64,000 nt of DNA, from the NCBI GenBank assembly GCA_000004695.1, contig CM000155.2, forward strand, positions 2,464,001 through 2,528,000, read 5' to 3'. Position numbers and translations under genes: made by a program. Shown here piece after piece: positions 58,191 through 64,000 of this stretch (positions are counted from its first letter, which is position 1; the number at the start of each line of letters is the position of its first letter). The stretch is from Dictyostelium discoideum. Its lineage: Eukaryota. The notes below the pieces were generated by a model. The model saw only the letters and a list, made by a program, of their open reading frames with translations. It ran no database searches and was not told where the DNA came from.

Positions 58191-58975
58191 ATGTATAATA
58201 ATAATGGTTTTCATGAAGAAACAAATATAGATGAATCACAATTTACAGTTGAAAAAGTTGAAACAGTATTAAAATCACTCTATTTCCCTCAAAATAATGA
58301 TTATAGTGCTTTACCACAAATTCAACAGTGGTTAATACAATTTCAAAAATCATTTTCGTCTTGGAGTATTGCGCCATTGTTATTAATGTCAAATGTAATT
58401 ATTTAGTTTTTTATTTTATTTTATTTTAATTATTATATAATAAAAAAATATATATACAGATTATACTGACAATACTATAATATAATTATAATATTATAAT
58501 AAAAAAAAAAAAAAAGATTAAAGAAATCCAATATTTTGGAGCATCAACAATAGAGAATAAAATTAAAAATAATTGGTTATCATTAAGTCAAGATATGAAA
58601 AAGGAATTTTTAGATAATTTATTATTATTTTTAAAAACACAAATTACAAAATGTTCAACAGTAGTTATCACAAGATTGTGTTTAGCAGTATCAGTCATAG
58701 CTTGCCATTCAACAACTGATCTATGGGCTAACCCAATTTTGGATGTATTACAACTTAGTTTTCAAGATATTAATAATTTAGATTGTTTCAATCCAAATCT
58801 TGTTAATTTAACATTGGAACTTTTAACTATATTCCCTGAAGAATTAACAAATGCAGATTATATAACACAAGAAAAAAGGTATTATTATCTATCAGTTTTT
58901 ATTTACTATTTATATACATTTAAAAAAAAAAAAAAAAAAAGAAATGATAATTGTGTTTTTATTAACATTTTTAAA

Positions 58976-59021
<46 letters not shown>

Positions 59022-61805
59022 TCTAGAAATAAAGTAGGTTTACAATTTAATAAACATAATTCTAAAGTATTTGAAATACTTTGTAAGATAATGTCATTAC
59101 CACAAAATCAACAAACTTTAATATTTATGAAATCATCATTAAAATGTTTTAAAAGTTGGATTTTATTTGATTGTTCACCAAGGTATGTTTTTTTTTTTTT
59201 TTTTTATTATTATTAAATAAATTTATTAATAATTTTTATTTTTTTTTATTTAGGGAATATTTAATTGATAGTGATTTAATTTTAAAATGTTTTGAAGCAG
59301 TTTCAAATAATCCAAAATTAGTTGAAGATTTTTTAATGGTTTTAGATGAAATGTTTACATTTATGGGTGGAAAGATATTTAGAAGTTATACATCGGCATT
59401 TAGTTTGGTTTTAAGTAGAATTTTGATGATTTTTCCATCATTTTACATTTTAGCATTACAAGAAGAGAATCAAATCTTTAATCAAATCTTTTTATTATTT
59501 TCACATATAGCAGAGAATCATATTAAAACCTTATTAAAGAATCCTGAACTTTCAAATAACTTTTTTAAAGCATTAATACAAATGGCATTAAAAGGTGATT
59601 TTGAAACATGTGAACTTTTATCACCTGTTATTACAGAGATTGCAGCTTTACACGAACTTCATTCAACATCATCAACAACAGAAGCAACAACAACTACAAT
59701 AGCAACAACAACTACACCAACAACAACATCTGATTGTGATATTAGTGGATGGTATCAATATTTAGGGGAAATGGTTGAAGTATTTAGATTGAAATCAATG
59801 TATCCATTGGATAAGGATATTTCAGACCTCTACGAAGAGGATGCTGAGAAATTCTTTGCATTTAGAGTTATAGCAGGTGATAGTGTATTAGAGGTGTACA
59901 ATATATTGGAGGGTAAAATATTACAACAACTACTCAATAGTCTTTGGTCGGATATTCAATCTTTCCCAACTACCAAATGTTGGCAATCTATTGAAGCAAC
60001 CATCTATCTATTAAGTTGTCTATCAGAGAGTATAACAGAGGATACAGAATTTGTACCACAACTATTCTCAATTTTAGGTCAATTACCAATTCAATCGACA
60101 CCACTCATTAAAAGTACAATGACTTTGGCAGGTAACTATTCAAATCTAATCGATAAAAGTACAATATTCCTTGAGAAGATTGTAAAAGATTTCTTCCCAG
60201 CTTTTGAAAATCCAGATTTAAAATCAGTTGCAAGTCAATCTTTCCTTTCAATCTCTAAAAATTCAAAATGTGCTTCAATACTTTCAAATAGTATTACTCA
60301 ATTAATTTCTTTATGTGCTCCAATTTTATCAAATAATGTAAAAAAAAAAAAATTATTATTTTTTTTTTTTAATTAAAAAAAATACAATTTAAACTAATTA
60401 ATTATATTAATATATATATAGAATAAAATTTTAGATGACCCATCAAATTTTAATATTTTAGAAGCTTTATTATACATTATATCAACATTACCATCAGATT
60501 CTCAAGTTTTAAATTATTCAACTCAATTACTTTATCCATTCATACTTTTTATTAAAAATTATTATACAAATCAACTGCAACAACAGCAACAACAACAACA
60601 GCAACAACAAACTGAATTACGATTATTATTATCATCAATTAATCTATTAACAAAATTCTGTAAAATATATGACGATGAGCAAGTTAATGAATATGGAACA
60701 ACGCAACAAGAAAATAATAATAATAATAACAATAATAATAATAACAATAATAATAATAATAACAATAATAATAATAATAATAATAATAATATTAAACCAG
60801 TTTTTGAAATTATTAACAATATAATACCGATTTATGGAGAGTTATTAAGTTTAAATACGTTAGAGAGTTCAATTATCGAAGCGATTAGTATATTTTATAA
60901 AAAAGCGATAATGATAAATAATAACCATCAAAATATAACAAATATACCAGAAATTAATAGGCAACTTACATTAGCATTTTTAAAACATAAACCATTAAGT
61001 TTAGTATTAAGTACACTTTCAATCTCAATAGTTAATTTACCAAAAGAACAACATTTAGATTTTTTAGCAGATTCATTATCCTCTATCTCTTCTAAAATGA
61101 TTCAAATTTGGAGCGAAAAATCAAATCAAAATAATAAAAAGAATAATAAAAAAATAAATAATAATATTGATATTGATAATGATAATGAAAATAATAATAA
61201 TAATAATCAAATTCAATTTGAAAATAATGAATTAAATGAATTTAAAAATTTAAAAATTTCAATTTATCCAGATATAACAAAGGAATATTTTACAATGATT
61301 ACACAGTATATAAGGTATAATGCTGTATCAATTCCTCAAGGAGTTATATCACATTTGTTTAGTATCATTTTAGTAAACATTACAAAGATACATGATAAAG
61401 TTACAGCACGTGCTTGCTTTTCATTTATGGCTTTGATAATCACAAAATCAAAAGAAATGAAAAGTCAAATCAAATGGGAACCACTATTAAATGAAATCAA
61501 TGGTTGGTTAAGTATTCATGGTGAACTATTTATTAAACAAATACTTTATTCCGCTGGTGGTGGTATACCAAGAAGTGTTGTACAATTTATTTCAGAGGTT
61601 ATAGCATCTTTAGTATCTTCGTATCCTGATGTATTTAGAATTAGTGCACTCAAATGTTTATCAGTTGATGGTTTCCCTTCAAGTAATATAACAAAAGAAC
61701 AAAAAGAGAAATTTTTAAATTCTTTAATGTTGTATAGATCAAAGAAATTACCTTTAAAAATTGTTACTGATTTTTCTTTAGTTTCTTTAGGTATTGCAAC
61801 AAATC

Positions 61806-61810
<5 letters not shown>
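58191..61810 (+). CDS. Importin-beta family karyopherin, importin-13-like, about 1064 aa. Model: join(58191..58394, 58517..58878, 59027..59182, 59254..60337, 60422..61810).
   Basis: The splice of exons 1-2 restores the importin N-terminal domain: ...ALPQIQQWLIQFQKSFSSWSIAPLLLMSN-IKEIQYFGASTIENKIKNNWLSLSQDMKKEFLDNLLLFL. Compare the IPO13 motif PEIQYFGASALHIKISRYW. Donors are AAT|GTAATT, AG|GTATTA, AG|GTATGT and AAT|GTAAAA. Phases 0, 2, 2 and 0 are mutually consistent. Exon 5 contains in-frame poly-Q and poly-N tracts. The remainder is helical HEAT-like repeats. Confidence 0.7.
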
Positions 61811-61860
<50 letters not shown>

Positions 61861-62232
61861 TACATATAAAAAAAAAAAAAAAAAACAATATAATAAAATA
61901 AAAAATCAATTAAATCAAATAAAAAAAAAAAATTAAATAAAAAAGATAAATAAATAAAAAAAAAAATAAAAAATATTGTAACGATATAATACAATATCTA
62001 CCTGTTTTTATTTTATATCTCTCTTCGTCTCCCTTCAAATAATTTTGTTCTCGAGATCCCAACAATATCTCAATAAATTGAAACGATAAATTTGGTTTGA
62101 ATTTTGTTTTTTTTTTTTTTAATTGGATAGAAAAAAAAAAAAAGAAAAAAAAAAGGAATGAATTTATCAAAAATGATAGATTTATCTTTATTAAAAAAAG
62201 TATTGTGGAACATTGCCAATTTTGATCTTTCC

Positions 62233-62263
<31 letters not shown>

Positions 62264-62721
62264 ATTCATAATAATAAACTGAAATTGGTGTCTTTTCAAT
62301 TTAAAAAAGATAATGAATTGTTGTGATGAGCCATATTTGTAAATAAAAAAGATTTAAAATGGTTGTTGGGGGTATTTTTTAGTTTTTTTTTTTTATTTTT
62401 TCTTCAGATTTAAAATAATAAGATTATATTGTGATTGTATTGACGTCGACGTTATTTTGAAAAAAAAAAAAAAGTTTAAACTTGTTATTATTGATGAGAT
62501 ATTTTTTGTCAAATTAATAACATAATTAAAGTATTAAAAATAATTTTAAAAAGATAAAAATATTAAAAAAAATAAAAAAATAAAAAAACAAATAAAAAAA
62601 AAACATATAAATAGAGAGAAATGAAATTAATTTATTCATTAAAAAGTAAAAATTATTTATTTATAAAAAATCTAAATTTAAATAATTCAATAAAAAAAAA
62701 AAAAAAAAAAAAGTATAATAA

Positions 62722-62995
62722 ATGACAATTACAAGTAAGTTTTATATAAAAAATATATTAAATAATTTTATAATTAATTATTAAAAAAAATAAAAAAATA
62801 AATATAATAATAGGATCAATTTCATCGTTTAGCGGAATGACTTCCCCTCAAACAAACTCCAACCAACAAATTGTTTCAGATGTTGTTAATAACAACACAA
62901 AAAGAAATTCTATCCAATCAAAAAATGGTGTTTCTGAGACTTCTACTAAATTTGGTGATGTTACAGATAGTTCCCAACCATGTTCAATATTATGA
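62722..62995 (+). CDS. Candidate small two-exon gene encoding a 64-aa S/T/N-rich peptide. Model: join(62722..62734, 62814..62995).
   Basis: ATGACAATTACAA|GTAAGT is a perfect donor. A 79-nt AT-rich intron ends ATAATAG|. The second exon is distinctly GC-richer than its surroundings and open for 60 codons (RSISSFSGMTSPQTNSNQQIVSDVVNNNTKRNSIQSKNGVSETSTKFGDVTDSSQPCSIL*). Confidence 0.3.
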
Positions 62996-63389
62996 AAACA
63001 TATTTAAAAAATATATCGATGTAAGAAAAAAAAAAAAAAAAAAAAAATATTTGTAAATATAAACAATAATAAACTATTTAATTGATGATCATATTATTTT
63101 ATTTATTTTTATTATGATAATTTGAGAAAACAAAAATATGGAAAATTTTTCAAAGATTTTTTTTTTTTTAATAATTATTATTTATTTTTATTTTTTTAAT
63201 CAGTATTATTTATTTATTTATTTTTTATTTTTTTAAATCATTTTACTTTTTTCAATTCTATAAAAATAAAATAAAATAAAATAAAATAAAATAAAATAAA
63301 ATGAAATTTTATTATTATTTTTTCCAAATTTTAGGAATATATTTAGTAATTTGTCAAAACAAAAAAAGGTTCAATTTAAATTCTTAATT

Positions 63390-63420
<31 letters not shown>

Positions 63421-63427
<7 letters not shown>

Positions 63428-64000
63428 GTATAACGAATTCTTGATGGTTGATATTGTAAAGTATAATCAATTCTTAATTTTAATTGATGAGCAAATTCAA
63501 TTGGTAAGAAAGGATTTCTAAGAAAAGCTCTACCAAACATTATTAAATCTGAACTATTTGATTCTAGGATTGATTCAGCTTCACTAGCAGTTGTAATTAA
63601 ACCAACAGAGGAAACTAATAATTTACCAGAACGTTTTAAAATTGATTGTTTAATTTCATGAGAGAATGGTACTTGGTATAATGGTTTTGAAGTAATCTTT
63701 TGTTTACTATTATTACCACCAGTTGAAACATCAATTAAATCAACATCTAATGATTCTAAAATTTCTGCTAATTTAATTGAATCATTTAAATCCCAACCAT
63801 TTTCATTCTCTACCCATTCATCAGCAGATATTCTAACAGCTAGTGGTTTTTCAGTTGACCAAACTGAACGAACTGATTTAACGATTTCAATTAGTAATTT
63901 AATTCTACCATCGAATGAACCACCACCATAAATATCGGTACGTTTATTTGAAGTTGATGAAAGGAATTGATTGATTAAGTAACCGTGAGCGGCATGGATT
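63421..64000 (-). CDS. Old Yellow Enzyme family NAD(P)H:flavin oxidoreductase, 3'-terminal 193 codons. The gene continues beyond the window end.
   Basis: The minus strand reads ...[61 protein letters not shown]...LIMFGRAFLRNPFLP...* (stop TAA at 63421-63423). HGAHGYL, NxRTDxYGGS and AVRxS are diagnostic OYE/OPR motifs. A poly-T tract lies at 63373-63420. Confidence 0.7.

Overview
This window is eukaryotic nuclear DNA with the hallmarks of Dictyostelium discoideum. It is about 75-80% AT with long poly(A)/poly(T) runs. In-frame (AAT)n, (CAA)n and (ACACCA)n microsatellites encode poly-N, poly-Q and T/P-rich tracts. Introns are short (70-190 nt), AT-rich, and open with GTAAGT or GTATGT. There are no operons, no CRISPR array and no prokaryotic defence system. 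The ORF track uses TTG as well as ATG starts, so several of its 5' ends are not real starts. I rebuilt multi-exon gene models by hand from splice signals and reading-frame continuity.

Features I can support:
- A mitochondrial ribosomal protein S5 homolog, partial at the 5' end, carrying a very large low-complexity N-terminal extension.
- A tandemly duplicated gene pair. The upstream copy is a pseudogene; the downstream copy is intact and encodes a 1047-aa T/P-rich acidic protein.
- Two minus-strand tRNA genes, tRNA-Glu(CUC) and tRNA-Ala(AGC).
- A roughly 6.4-kb nest of TRE5-A-like (DRE) non-LTR retrotransposon copies inserted upstream of these tRNAs.
- A 7TM receptor-like protein with an ectodomain of about 1360 aa that is rich in Cys.
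- A six-exon kelch-repeat RasGEF on the minus strand.
- COP9 signalosome subunit 6 (csn6), four exons.
- A Tag-family fusion of a subtilisin-like protease with an ABCB half-transporter, two exons, 1752 aa.
- A CCHC zinc-knuckle SR-rich protein and a CENP-B/psq-type HTH protein.
- COG4 on the minus strand, five exons.
- An importin-13-like karyopherin, five exons.
- The 3' end of an Old Yellow Enzyme family flavin oxidoreductase.

The hunt found five things worth a second look. The first is a tRNA-Ala upstream integration hotspot: serial TRE5 insertions sit exactly 48 bp upstream of the tRNA, separated by the same 14-bp target-site duplication, with a five-copy tandem array of the 199-bp A-module. 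The second is a perfect 64-bp inverted repeat overlapping the 3' end of a small gene. The third is a roughly 7.7-kb region without convincing genes that contains GT/CA-rich islands. The fourth is an intronic hairpin in cog4. The fifth is a 3'-terminal TRE module that also occurs as solo A-tailed copies.
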